The translations under genes were made by a program, and so were the position numbers. From positions 2,215 through 66,214 of the forward strand of contig CAYSKG010000003.1 of NCBI GenBank assembly GCA_964431725.1: DNA of 64,000 bases, written 5' to 3'. Under the pieces are notes generated by a model. It saw only the letters and a program-made list of their open reading frames with translations. It did not search any database and was not told the origin of the DNA. Positions 9,639 to 18,412 of this stretch are shown one piece after another (the first letter of the stretch is position 1; every line of letters starts with the position of its first letter). Source of the stretch: an uncultured Candidatus Bathyarchaeia archaeon. Lineage in GTDB: Archaea; Thermoproteota; Bathyarchaeia; Bathyarchaeales; DTEX01.

Positions 9639-10181
9639 TTGACTCTTAATCCCGTTCTTGAGAAAAGATTGCAGGTGCTGATTAAGCTCCGGAATTATAA
9701 GATCATAGAGAGGGAGGAAACCAAAGAGGGAGCATTAATTATCATCGAAAATCCTGAAGGTGAGAAAGGTCTTATATGGGCCATATCAGCCATCGATACG
9801 ATAGGCGTCCGATACGTTAACCAAATGTTGAAGCATATGGCTTCCAAAGAGGTTAAGGAGGGAATAATAATGGGTAAGAAGTACACTCAATCCGCTAAGT
9901 CTATGGCTAGAAGAAAAAATATCGAGCTCATATCTCAGAATTTCCCATCATTTAACATTTTCGAGCATTATCTGGTTCCAAAACACGAAATTCTTTCACC
10001 TGAAGAGAGAAAAGCTGTTCTAGAGAAATATCGCATCGAACCCTATAAGCTACCGCACATAAAGGCTTCTGACCCAATAATCCGCGTCATCAAAGCTAAA
10101 CCAGGTGACATAATAAAGATAACAAGAAAGAGCCCAACAGCTGGAGAATATGTTTACTACCGTTACGTAGTTGAAGGTTAA
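9639..10181 (+). CDS. rpoH: RNA polymerase subunit H/Rpo5 with an N-terminal Rpb5-like extension (full-length Rpb5 architecture)
   Basis: The C-terminal [38 protein letters not shown]...[24 protein letters not shown] is the canonical subunit H. An extra ~100 aa lies N-terminal to it. TTG start. Confidence 0.85.
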   Translation: MTLNPVLEKRLQVLIKLRNYKIIEREETKEGALIIIENPEGEKGLIWAISAIDTIGVRYVNQMLKHMASKEVKEGIIMGKKYTQSAKSMARRKNIELISQNFPSFNIFEHYLVPKHEILSPEERKAVLEKYRIEPYKLPHIKASDPIIRVIKAKPGDIIKITRKSPTAGEYVYYRYVVEG

Positions 10182-10200
10182 ATTAAACCAGCCTTTTAGT

Positions 10201-10446
10201 CTAATCACTATTCCTCTCTTCACTCTTGATTTCATACAGAATTACCAGAGCCTCGCCCAGAGGCACACCTAGTTCCGCGGCAAGTCTCCTAGGCGTTATA
10301 TCCGGCTGCTCTCGAATTACCTTTTCCTTAACATAAGATCTATGATGCTTATACATCACCATCGCATGAACCGTCTCAACAAGTATCGGCCAGAGCGGAT
10401 CATTCACATATTTGCTGAATTCCTCATTCATAAACCATCGCTCCAA
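10201..10446 (-). CDS. Small hypothetical protein with a C-terminal HTH-like segment
   Basis: 81-aa ORF with ITPRRLAAELGVPLGEALVIL resembling an HTH. Start possibly at MNEEF (10431). No family recognised. Confidence 0.3.
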   Translation of the reverse strand: MERWFMNEEFSKYVNDPLWPILVETVHAMVMYKHHRSYVKEKVIREQPDITPRRLAAELGVPLGEALVILYEIKSEERNSD

Positions 10447-10487
10447 AAGGTTTTGATTATAAATTGGAAAATTAATTTAATCATAAA

Positions 10488-10889
10488 TCATTGGGAAGGT
10501 TTAAAGAAATATCTTGGCCATTGAGGCCACGTTGATGAAATAGTAGTATCGAAGTCAATCTCTAATTCCATACCCACTTTTAGGTCTTCATGCTTCACAT
10601 TTCGGATGATTCCCGGTAATCGAACCCCATTCTCAAGTTCGATTATTCCAAGGGCGTAGGGAACCATGGATTGAAATTCTTCTGGAGCAACGTAAATAAC
10701 TGTATATGTTAGAAGTCTACCTTTGTTGCTTAGCTGAGTCCAGCTTAGATTTCTTGAAAGACATTTTGGACACATTAACCTAGGTGGAACAAAGATTAGC
10801 CCACATTTATTACATTTAACGCCCATAAGTTTTCTTTCGCCTATAAATTTGTAGAATTGTTCAATAGTGAATGGAGTTATTTCACTCAT
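10488..10889 (-). CDS. DUF35 Zn-ribbon/OB-fold protein (thiolase-associated scaffold)
   Basis: CNKCGLIFVPPRLMCPKCLS rubredoxin-like ribbon followed by an OB-fold region. It lies immediately downstream of the thiolase gene. Confidence 0.8.
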   Translation of the reverse strand: MSEITPFTIEQFYKFIGERKLMGVKCNKCGLIFVPPRLMCPKCLSRNLSWTQLSNKGRLLTYTVIYVAPEEFQSMVPYALGIIELENGVRLPGIIRNVKHEDLKVGMELEIDFDTTISSTWPQWPRYFFKPSQ

Positions 10890-10893
10890 TTCA

Positions 10894-12066
10894 TCATCCC
10901 CTTCGATATATATGAACTATACAGGTGGCGCCGCTTCCACCCAAGTTTTGAGTCAAACCTATTTCGCAACCGTCAATCTGCCTCTTATCAGCCTGCCCAG
11001 TTAACTGAAGGAAGATTTCATAAAGCTGTGCAACCCCTGTTGCACCCACTGGATGACCTTTAGCTTTAAGCCCTCCGCTCGTATTTATCGGTAGCTCACC
11101 ATCCAGCATTGGAGCCCCACTTTCAATAAATTTTCCTCCCTCTCCAGGCTTGCAGAAGCCTAAATCCTCATAAGCCATTATTTCAGCTATTGTGAAGCAG
11201 TCATGAACTTCTGCAATATCAATATCTTGAGGCGTTAACCCAGCCATTTCATAAGCCTCTTTAGCAGCTATTTTTGTCGCTTTTAAACTCGCCAAGTCAT
11301 CTCTTTCATATAGTCCTATCGCATCTGTTCCATGCCCTGAACCAATTATGTAAACTGGTGTATCAACATATTTTTTGGCTATTTCCGGCTTGGTTAGAAT
11401 TGCGCAGCTAGCTCCATCAGAGATCAGGGAGCAGTCATAGAGCTTTAGCGGTTTGGCTATAATCCTTGAGCTTAAAACTCGCTCAACAGTAACTTCCTTT
11501 TGCATGTGAGCTTTAGGATTTAATGTACCATTATGATGATTCTTAACTGCAACAAGCGCCATCTGCTCTTCAGTTGTGCCATACTTATGCATGTGAGCTG
11601 TTGCCATAAGTGCAAATAAACCTGGGAAGGTTGCACCGTTCCATTGTTCGAAGGGATAATCGGCTGCCATAGCTAAGTACTCGGTTGCCTCAGAAGTCGC
11701 TCTGTCGGTCATCTTTTCAAATCCTCCAACCATAACAATGTCGTACATTCCTGAACATATCGCAAATAGTCCATATCTTATAGCTGCAGCAGAGGATGCA
11801 CACGCAACCTCCGTTCTAACGGCTGGCGTAGGTAATAGTCCTGCCCAATCAGACATTATTGGAGCTGAATGACATTGATGTTCAAATGACTCACTCATAT
11901 TGCCAACTATAAGCATTTTAATGTCTTTTCTGGGATCTAAATTTGAGCATCTTTCAAAGGCTTCCAAAGCTGCTTCGGCGAATAGCTCCCTTCCTGAAAA
12001 ACCTTTTCTTTTACCAAACTTAGATAATCCCGCTGATATGATTGCTGCTAAGGGTTTACCTTTCAA
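10894..12066 (-). CDS. Archaeal-type thiolase (acetyl-CoA C-acetyltransferase / SCP-x-like)
   Basis: 390 aa, with active-site Cys context VACASSAAAI and C-terminal NTSGGLKAKGHPVGATG, GGSGATC. Confidence 0.85.
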   Translation of the reverse strand: MKGKPLAAIISAGLSKFGKRKGFSGRELFAEAALEAFERCSNLDPRKDIKMLIVGNMSESFEHQCHSAPIMSDWAGLLPTPAVRTEVACASSAAAIRYGLFAICSGMYDIVMVGGFEKMTDRATSEATEYLAMAADYPFEQWNGATFPGLFALMATAHMHKYGTTEEQMALVAVKNHHNGTLNPKAHMQKEVTVERVLSSRIIAKPLKLYDCSLISDGASCAILTKPEIAKKYVDTPVYIIGSGHGTDAIGLYERDDLASLKATKIAAKEAYEMAGLTPQDIDIAEVHDCFTIAEIMAYEDLGFCKPGEGGKFIESGAPMLDGELPINTSGGLKAKGHPVGATGVAQLYEIFLQLTGQADKRQIDGCEIGLTQNLGGSGATCIVHIYRRG

Positions 12067-12170
12067 ATCGTCTCACATCTCCAAAATGGTTTTAGCTCTC
12101 AAGATTAATTATTTTAAGGATTAAATTTAATATTCTCAAATGGGAGTATATAATGCTAATGTAAAAACTG

Positions 12171-12680
12171 CTATTTGCTTAAATTCATTTTTTCCTTAAT
12201 AGCCCCAGCTATTTCCTCAGCTCTTTTTATCCCTAGCTGTGTTATTCTATACTCTCCCTCAGATACTTTCTCAATTAAACCTCTATCAATAAGTTTTGGT
12301 AACTCATTACTTATGGTTTTTCTAGCTTTCCTAGTCAATCTCGAAAGCTCAGTTGGAGATAAAGTGTCTTTTTGAAGCTTTCCAACCTTGTTACCCATAT
12401 ACGCTCCTAGAAGAACAAGGCAAATAGCATTTCTAGCGGACAAAACAACGTTTGGATTAATTACTGGTCCATCAGAGGTTATTTCCATTAACCCTGTAAT
12501 TTCATCAGCTATTTTAATTAAGTCTGGCGTGTAGATTATTTTCTGGAGCGCTCTTATACTGGGATAAATTTGCGATAGAAATCTTAGTATAGATTCAAAA
12601 ACTTGATCAGCATCTCCCTCAAAATCCACTTTTGTCTCATCAAACTCTAGATGCGCTTTAACCCAGCCAGTTTCATTCAC
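12171..12680 (-). CDS. Uncharacterised winged-helix protein, paralog A of a local family
   Basis: 169 aa. The C-terminal wHTH-like LSRLTRKARKTISNELPKLIDRGLIEKVSEGEYRITQLGIK aligns with the ORFs at 12684..13202 and 14083..14580. Confidence 0.6.
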   Translation of the reverse strand: MNETGWVKAHLEFDETKVDFEGDADQVFESILRFLSQIYPSIRALQKIIYTPDLIKIADEITGLMEITSDGPVINPNVVLSARNAICLVLLGAYMGNKVGKLQKDTLSPTELSRLTRKARKTISNELPKLIDRGLIEKVSEGEYRITQLGIKRAEEIAGAIKEKMNLSK

Positions 12681-12683
12681 CTT

Positions 12684-13202
12684 TTATCCTTCCTCTGGCT
12701 TGATTCTAGGTAAGATTTCATCCAAAAAGAACTTTATACCTAGAGTTGTTATTTTATATTCTCCTCGCCCAACTCTTTTAACTAAGCCCATATTTGTGAG
12801 CTCGCTTAGGCGAGCTGCAACAGTTCCACTCTTACTGCCAGTGGCGGTCATGATCTCGGCTGTAGAGAGAGAATCTCTGTCTAAGCGGCCAATTTTGTAT
12901 CCAATATACGCTTTAATAAGATTTAACATTATTATGTTTCGGTCTCCACCTAACTTTCCCCGCGGGACGATTACTACTGGACCTTCTGGTGTGAACGCGA
13001 TCAAGCCTTTCACGCTTTTTATGAGTTCTTCTAAATTGACTGTTAAGATTAGTTGGGAGGCAAGGTCATAGGTTGGGAGATATTCGCTTATGAATTTAGA
13101 AAAAGCCTTTATAACCTCATCAGGTTTTCCAGTGAATTTTGTTTCAACGTCTTTATATTTTACAGTTAATTCTAGATTGGCTTCCTCGCCATACATTCTC
13201 AT
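12684..13202 (-). CDS. Uncharacterised winged-helix protein, paralog B
   Basis: 172 aa, with FTGKPDEVIKAFSKFISEYLP, FTPEGPVVIV and TGSKSGTVAARLSELTNMGLVKRVGRGEYKITTLGIK. It is 3 nt from paralog A. Confidence 0.6.
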   Translation of the reverse strand: MRMYGEEANLELTVKYKDVETKFTGKPDEVIKAFSKFISEYLPTYDLASQLILTVNLEELIKSVKGLIAFTPEGPVVIVPRGKLGGDRNIIMLNLIKAYIGYKIGRLDRDSLSTAEIMTATGSKSGTVAARLSELTNMGLVKRVGRGEYKITTLGIKFFLDEILPRIKPEEG

Positions 13203-13270
13203 TCACGGACCTCATCTTCACATATATTAGGCTCAGCTTAAAGATTTTTCGCCGGAGATTGGTGGTTAAA

Positions 13271-13312
13271 AACAAAATATTATTTTAATGTTTTAAACAA
13301 ATATATTTTGTT
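13271..13312. repeat. Perfect 10-bp inverted repeat in the divergent intergenic region of the wHTH cluster
   Basis: AACAAAATAT (13271-80) and ATATTTTGTT (13303-12) are separated by 22 bp. The background is AT-rich, so chance is not excluded. Confidence 0.4.
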
Positions 13313-14063
13313 GTTTTCAGAGCGGTGTTTGGAGGAAAATAAAAGATTGAGCATATCTAAGCTTTTACCTAGACGTTTAAGCTTCTCAAAGATCTGCGAT
13401 ATTTTGGTTGCATATCTGAACTCTGGTGCAGACAAAAAATATGTTAGCGTAAGCGACGTGGCAAGCAAATCAACAGTTACATTACACAATATTAGCCGTA
13501 ATAACGGCTTCCTTAAAAGCTGGGGATTTATAGAGGAAAGCGAAAAGGAGCAGGGGAAATACAGACTCACGCACGAAGCTGCTGAGTTCGCTTACGCTTA
13601 TCGAATAGACCCTAATGGGAACTTAACTAGAGATCTTTTAAGGAAAATTCTATCTAAAGACGAAGTTTTAGTAAAATTTGTTGAACGCGTAAAAAATGAG
13701 AACCTAAATAGAGAAACTGTTCTTATAGAATTACCGAGGGTTACCGGCGATCTAAGGGCCGATAAAGTTGGGCTTAATGCCTTTCTAGAATTAATAGCTT
13801 ACGCTTTTCAGATAGACTGGTTGCATAAGCCTATAAAACCGTCTAGACCTGCAAGAAAAATTGTTTCCCAACCAGAAGTTAGAAGAGTAAAGCACATTGC
13901 TAAAAGAAAGGTCAGCCTTCCCATAGGAATTAGTGAACCACATGCAAGCATTTCAATAAACTTAAATTTAACAATAAGTCCGGAAATACCTCCCACAATC
14001 CTAAAAAAATACGTTAAAGCTATGCTTGAAGCCTATGACGAATATGCTCAGGAAAAATCCTAA
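13308..14063 (+). CDS. Uncharacterised protein with an N-terminal winged-helix domain and a basic linker (related to the neighbouring paralogs)
   Basis: 251 aa, with SVSDVASKSTVTLHNISRNNGFLKSWGFIEESEKEQGKYRLTHEAAEF and a basic stretch KPSRPARKIVSQPEVRRVKHIAKRK. The start may be the TTG at 13347. Confidence 0.5.
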   Translation: MLFSERCLEENKRLSISKLLPRRLSFSKICDILVAYLNSGADKKYVSVSDVASKSTVTLHNISRNNGFLKSWGFIEESEKEQGKYRLTHEAAEFAYAYRIDPNGNLTRDLLRKILSKDEVLVKFVERVKNENLNRETVLIELPRVTGDLRADKVGLNAFLELIAYAFQIDWLHKPIKPSRPARKIVSQPEVRRVKHIAKRKVSLPIGISEPHASISINLNLTISPEIPPTILKKYVKAMLEAYDEYAQEKS

Positions 14064-14082
14064 TAATTAATTGGGGGCTTAT

Positions 14083-14580
14083 TTAGGTTTGATAAGATTG
14101 CTTTAGCTTCGGTATAACTTTTTCCTCAATCCAGAATTCGCCTTTGGGGCTTAGAGTCCACTCAGGTTTCTCCAACGTCGGTTTGAATACTAAACCACGT
14201 TTAGCCATTTCATTCAATCTGGAGGACACTTGAACTCTTAAACCTGAATATTCAAGAAGCCGCCTTATCTGCGATGGCCTACTGCTCCTATTTTCAGAGA
14301 AATAAAGGATCAAGCCTACGGCTTCATAATGTGTTATAAGCTTGGTGTCCTTTAGGATGAGAACTGGACCGGTCTCCGTGAATTTCACTATGTCATTAAA
14401 TTCTGTATCGCTTTTGTTTGGCATAACCATTTCTGAAATAACGGCTTCTATTTCACTGACGAAGTTTTCTGGCAGAGACTTGAGGGTATCAAGTAAGTCG
14501 CCAGCTGTTAACCCTTCAATAATTATTTTACCGAAGGAAGTCTTTATTTCTGCTTGAATCCGCCCCAAGAAGCATCCCAT
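14083..14580 (-). CDS. Uncharacterised winged-helix protein, paralog D
   Basis: 165 aa, with IIEGLTAGDLLDTLKSL, FTETGPVLIL and SQIRRLLEYSGLRVQVSSRLNEMAKRGLVFK. It has the same architecture as A and B. Confidence 0.55.
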   Translation of the reverse strand: MGCFLGRIQAEIKTSFGKIIIEGLTAGDLLDTLKSLPENFVSEIEAVISEMVMPNKSDTEFNDIVKFTETGPVLILKDTKLITHYEAVGLILYFSENRSSRPSQIRRLLEYSGLRVQVSSRLNEMAKRGLVFKPTLEKPEWTLSPKGEFWIEEKVIPKLKQSYQT

Positions 14581-14646
14581 TTTTCTTTGGTAAAAGAAAC
14601 TTATAATATTTATTATGGGAATCGTAATATTTTATATATGGTTATA

Positions 14647-16551
14647 TCATTTAGACAGCATCCGCGTTATTCTCTCCTTAATCATCCGGTTCACCATCTC
14701 TGGCTTAACTCTTCCTCTTAAATTCTTCATCACCATGCCCATTAACACACCCACCGCATTTAATCCTCTCCTCATTATTAAATCTCTGTTTTCATCCATG
14801 TATTTGCTTATTATTGATTCAAGTTCCTCCTTTGAGAGCATGGTTAAGCCTAATTCTCTAACAGCATCCATCGGTTTAGCATCCTTATGCTCGGCAAGCC
14901 ACCTTACAATCTCCGGTATAGCTTCCTTAGACGTTTTTTCCAGACTTACAAGCCTAAAGATCTCAATGATCTGTTTATCGGTTAAGGCTTCGATTTTTAC
15001 GCCATCACGCTTGAGAGCCTTGAAAGTTTCTGTTAATGTTGCAGCGACAACTGTAGGAGCAAATCCTGTTTCTTTAACAATAATCTCAAAAAGATCACTG
15101 TACTCTGAGTCTAATAGCTGTCTAGCTAATTTCTCATTTATGTGATAGCTTTCCATTAGCCTCTTAATTTTCTCCTCTGGAAGCTCCGGCAGCTTCTCCT
15201 TCAGCTCATTCACATATTCGCTGGTTATCTTTATTGGAGGAACATCCGTCTCAGGATACATCCTGGCGGCTCCAGGTCTAGGCCTCATATATCTTGTTGT
15301 TCCGTCTGGTTTAGCTGCACGCGTTTCTTCTGGGACACCTTTAAGCGCTTCACGTGCTCTTTCAACAACCGCTTTAAGAGCATCTCTAGCATTCTCAATA
15401 TTATCTGCAACCAGCACGATGGCATCTTCAACTTCAGCATTCATTTTCCTCCTTAGTTCAGCGATCTCCGTTTCTGAGACGCCGTAAGATTGAAGTTCAT
15501 CAGTGTGGAGTATCCCTCCAACTCTTCCCCAGAATTTTGCTCTATCAGATAGTTCGCTTCCAAATCTTAATCCCGGGATCAGCTCTGAACCTAATAAGCC
15601 AGCGAATTTAGGTAGTTTAACCGCCAATATTGTTTTGTTCCGGCTTATAGCTTTACGTAGAATACGGCATTTTGTTTCTCTAAACACTGGCGTAACGTCA
15701 ATAAACTCTTCCTTTAGATCCTCCTCTCTGAGGCCACGCTTCTTTAATTCCTCGCGAATTCTTAGAAGATTTAGTTGACGTTGTACTTCATACTCGATAA
15801 CTTTAGAGATGAGACCGAGCTCTTGAACACCCTTAATCTCTATTAAGGCTCCATCTCTAATGGATATGTTTAGATCTTGCCTTATTGTTCCAATTCCACG
15901 TTTAACTCTTCTGGTAGCTCTTAGGATTCTGCCTATTGCTAAAGCAACCTTTTCAGCCTCCTTCGGCGTGTTTATTACAGGCCCAGTTGTAACTTCTACA
16001 AGAGGAATGCCGAGCCTATCAATTCTATAGCGTATTATAAAGCCTTCTTCACCCATTTTTCTGGCGGCATCCTCTTCAAGGCTTATGTGTTGAATAGGCA
16101 CCTTCTTACCATCAACGATTATAAAACCATTTAGGGCTACCACACATGTTCTCTGAAAACCAGTCGTATTAGATCCATCTATAACTATTTTGCGCATGAC
16201 ATATATTTCGTCAACGGGTTTAGCGTTCATCATAAGCGCTATCATTAGAGCTATCTCTAAGGCTTCACGATTAAGCTCATGAGGAGGCTCTTCATCCATC
16301 TCAACAAGACAAGAGGTTTCACTATTAGCTTCATAGAGTATTTTTACACCCTTCTTAAACTCAAAGTATGCGGCAGGATCTATCTGACCTAATTCGCTCT
16401 GCGTTGGCCTCAATCTACGTAGAAACAATATTTCCGGATCGCCTTTAAACAATTCAGGCTTGCATCCGCAGAAAAGTTTTTCACGGGTTGCAAGCTGTTG
16501 ATGGCATTCTAAACCAACTTTAAGACCTAGCTTCTCATAGTCAATTCTCAG
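14647..16551 (-). CDS. gatE: Glutamyl-tRNA(Gln) amidotransferase subunit E
   Basis: GatE-type body. The conserved N-terminus (R)IDYEKLGLKVGLECHQQLATREKLFCGC lies upstream of the first TTG (16452). The frame opens after TAA at 16554..16552, so the start is probably CTG 16551 or ATT 16545. Confidence 0.9.
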   Translation of the reverse strand: MRIDYEKLGLKVGLECHQQLATREKLFCGCKPELFKGDPEILFLRRLRPTQSELGQIDPAAYFEFKKGVKILYEANSETSCLVEMDEEPPHELNREALEIALMIALMMNAKPVDEIYVMRKIVIDGSNTTGFQRTCVVALNGFIIVDGKKVPIQHISLEEDAARKMGEEGFIIRYRIDRLGIPLVEVTTGPVINTPKEAEKVALAIGRILRATRRVKRGIGTIRQDLNISIRDGALIEIKGVQELGLISKVIEYEVQRQLNLLRIREELKKRGLREEDLKEEFIDVTPVFRETKCRILRKAISRNKTILAVKLPKFAGLLGSELIPGLRFGSELSDRAKFWGRVGGILHTDELQSYGVSETEIAELRRKMNAEVEDAIVLVADNIENARDALKAVVERAREALKGVPEETRAAKPDGTTRYMRPRPGAARMYPETDVPPIKITSEYVNELKEKLPELPEEKIKRLMESYHINEKLARQLLDSEYSDLFEIIVKETGFAPTVVAATLTETFKALKRDGVKIEALTDKQIIEIFRLVSLEKTSKEAIPEIVRWLAEHKDAKPMDAVRELGLTMLSKEELESIISKYMDENRDLIMRRGLNAVGVLMGMVMKNLRGRVKPEMVNRMIKERITRMLSK

Positions 16552-16582
16552 TTAAATCACCTCCTTTTTCCAATCCAAATTT

Positions 16583-17932
16583 TTAGGTCCTTATGGTTTT
16601 TGGAGGCTCGATGTGCTCAACTGTTCTATTCGAGAATTCATTTGCAATATTGGTTAGAAGAAGCTTTTTGATCTCTTTAGGATCTTTGGTTTGGGCTAAA
16701 CACCACATCATCTTAACAAGGGCTGTTTCAGCCAGCATGTCTCCTAGCGGAATAACCCCCATTGCCAGCAGATCTCTACCATTAGAATAAACATTCATGT
16801 TTACGCGTCCCCAGATACATTGGGATGTCATAGCGACTATCACGCCGCTTTCTATTGCATTTTTAATGGCGGGAAAACATTCGCGACGGATGTGACCTAA
16901 ACCGCTTCCCTCCAAGATTATACCCCTATAGCCTTTTGAAACATGCCAGTCGATAATTTCAGGGTTCATACCAGGATAAAACTTTATTAATGCAGCCCTA
17001 TCATCGAAATTGGCCTTTAAGGTAAGCTTCCGCTTTGGATCTCTAGGTCGATAATCATCCGCCAACATAATAATATCGTTATTAATGATTCTTGCAAGAG
17101 GCTTGGCATTTATAGTTTTAAACGCATCCCTACGGCTTGTGTGACACTTTCTAACCTTCGTTCCCCTGTGTAAAACTATTGATTCATCTGAGGGTGTCTC
17201 ATGCATTGCAACAGAAACCTCAGCGAAGGGCGCTTTTGAAGCTGCCAAAACCGCGCCTATGAGATTCAAAGCTGCGTCAGAGCTAGGTCTATCCTCAGAT
17301 CTTTGGGCGCCGACAAATACAACTGGAATGGGCAGATCTTGCAGTGCAAAACTTAGAGCTGCAGCTGAATAACCCATTGTGTCGGTTCCATGCGTTATAA
17401 CGATTCCCTGAACACCTTTAGAAATGTGTTTGGCGACGGCCCTAGCGATGGCTGACCAGTGCTTGGCTGTTAGATCCTCACTGAAAACACTGAAGAGGAT
17501 CTCCGCATTGATAACCGCTATATCTGATAGTTCCGGCACGATGCTATATAAGTCGTCCGCTGAGATTACGGGTCTAACAGCACCAGTTCTATAATCAACG
17601 CGACTAGCTATGGTTCCTCCGGTACTTAGGATAGTGACTTTTGGAAGATCCGGTCTTTGTTTTGGTGGGGACGGGGGGATAAAAGACGGTTTTGCTTCAG
17701 TTCTAATTCGCTCTATTTTGGTTGTCGGCGTGATTTCTATTCCAATATTATAGCCGGATTTTGTTTTTATCACTATATGCTTGTCATCGCTATACTCGGA
17801 TCTGGGAATTAAAATCCCTTCATAAGTGCAATCATTCTTGGTTATGCGTATTAAATCTCCGATTTTAGCTTTGATCTTGATAAGCGCTTCCAAAGCTGAA
17901 CCTTTATAGCCGGGCAGATTCTCGCTCATCAT
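16583..17932 (-). CDS. gatD: Glutamyl-tRNA(Gln) amidotransferase subunit D (asparaginase-like)
   Basis: 449 aa, with asparaginase motifs LSTGGTIAS and ITHGTDTMGY. It lies directly upstream of gatE. Confidence 0.9.
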   Translation of the reverse strand: MMSENLPGYKGSALEALIKIKAKIGDLIRITKNDCTYEGILIPRSEYSDDKHIVIKTKSGYNIGIEITPTTKIERIRTEAKPSFIPPSPPKQRPDLPKVTILSTGGTIASRVDYRTGAVRPVISADDLYSIVPELSDIAVINAEILFSVFSEDLTAKHWSAIARAVAKHISKGVQGIVITHGTDTMGYSAAALSFALQDLPIPVVFVGAQRSEDRPSSDAALNLIGAVLAASKAPFAEVSVAMHETPSDESIVLHRGTKVRKCHTSRRDAFKTINAKPLARIINNDIIMLADDYRPRDPKRKLTLKANFDDRAALIKFYPGMNPEIIDWHVSKGYRGIILEGSGLGHIRRECFPAIKNAIESGVIVAMTSQCIWGRVNMNVYSNGRDLLAMGVIPLGDMLAETALVKMMWCLAQTKDPKEIKKLLLTNIANEFSNRTVEHIEPPKTIRT

Positions 17933-18027
17933 AGTTCCTCCAAATTAAGAAAAATAAAATTATGGAATAACCTAACACTAACATATTTGATTTCATCGCG
18001 GTTTATGTGTTGCGTATTTTAAGCATT

Positions 18028-18306
18028 CTAAGAGAGTATCTTGTAGACTCTGTCGCCCTCTCTAACTCTCTGATTAACTTTTAATCCTATGCTTTGTCCG
18101 CTATGTGCAACATTTACGTTTTCATGCTCTATCTGCATAGATTCAACAGTCTGCTCAAAATTTGTTGTCGCACCCTTTATGAGGATTTTATCGCCAACGG
18201 ATAAAGTATCCGTTAACTCAACCACAGCTACACTTATTCTAGTGAAGTAGTGAGTTACCTTTCCAACTTCCTTCAATTCTCGCTCAGACATACGATCTTT
18301 CACCAA
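18028..18306 (-). CDS. Small beta-barrel protein (EF-Tu domain-II-like), function unknown
   Basis: 92 aa. SVGDKILIKGATTNFEQTVESMQIEHENVNVAHSGQSIGLKV resembles translation-factor domain-2 barrels. This is a weak assignment. Confidence 0.35.
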   Translation of the reverse strand: MVKDRMSERELKEVGKVTHYFTRISVAVVELTDTLSVGDKILIKGATTNFEQTVESMQIEHENVNVAHSGQSIGLKVNQRVREGDRVYKILS

Positions 18307-18412
18307 CAGTCTAAAATAGGTTCACCACTCACTTAAATGATTTATCATAAAGAAAAGCTTTTCAATGATAAAAATGTTGCATTAAAATCCGGTTTTCAGC
18401 CGAGAGGGGTAC

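Noticed and set aside
14615-15145. 176-aa plus-strand ORF
   Set aside because: It is antisense to gatE and has a hydrophobic, Ser/Leu-rich, nonsense-like sequence. I treat it as a shadow ORF.
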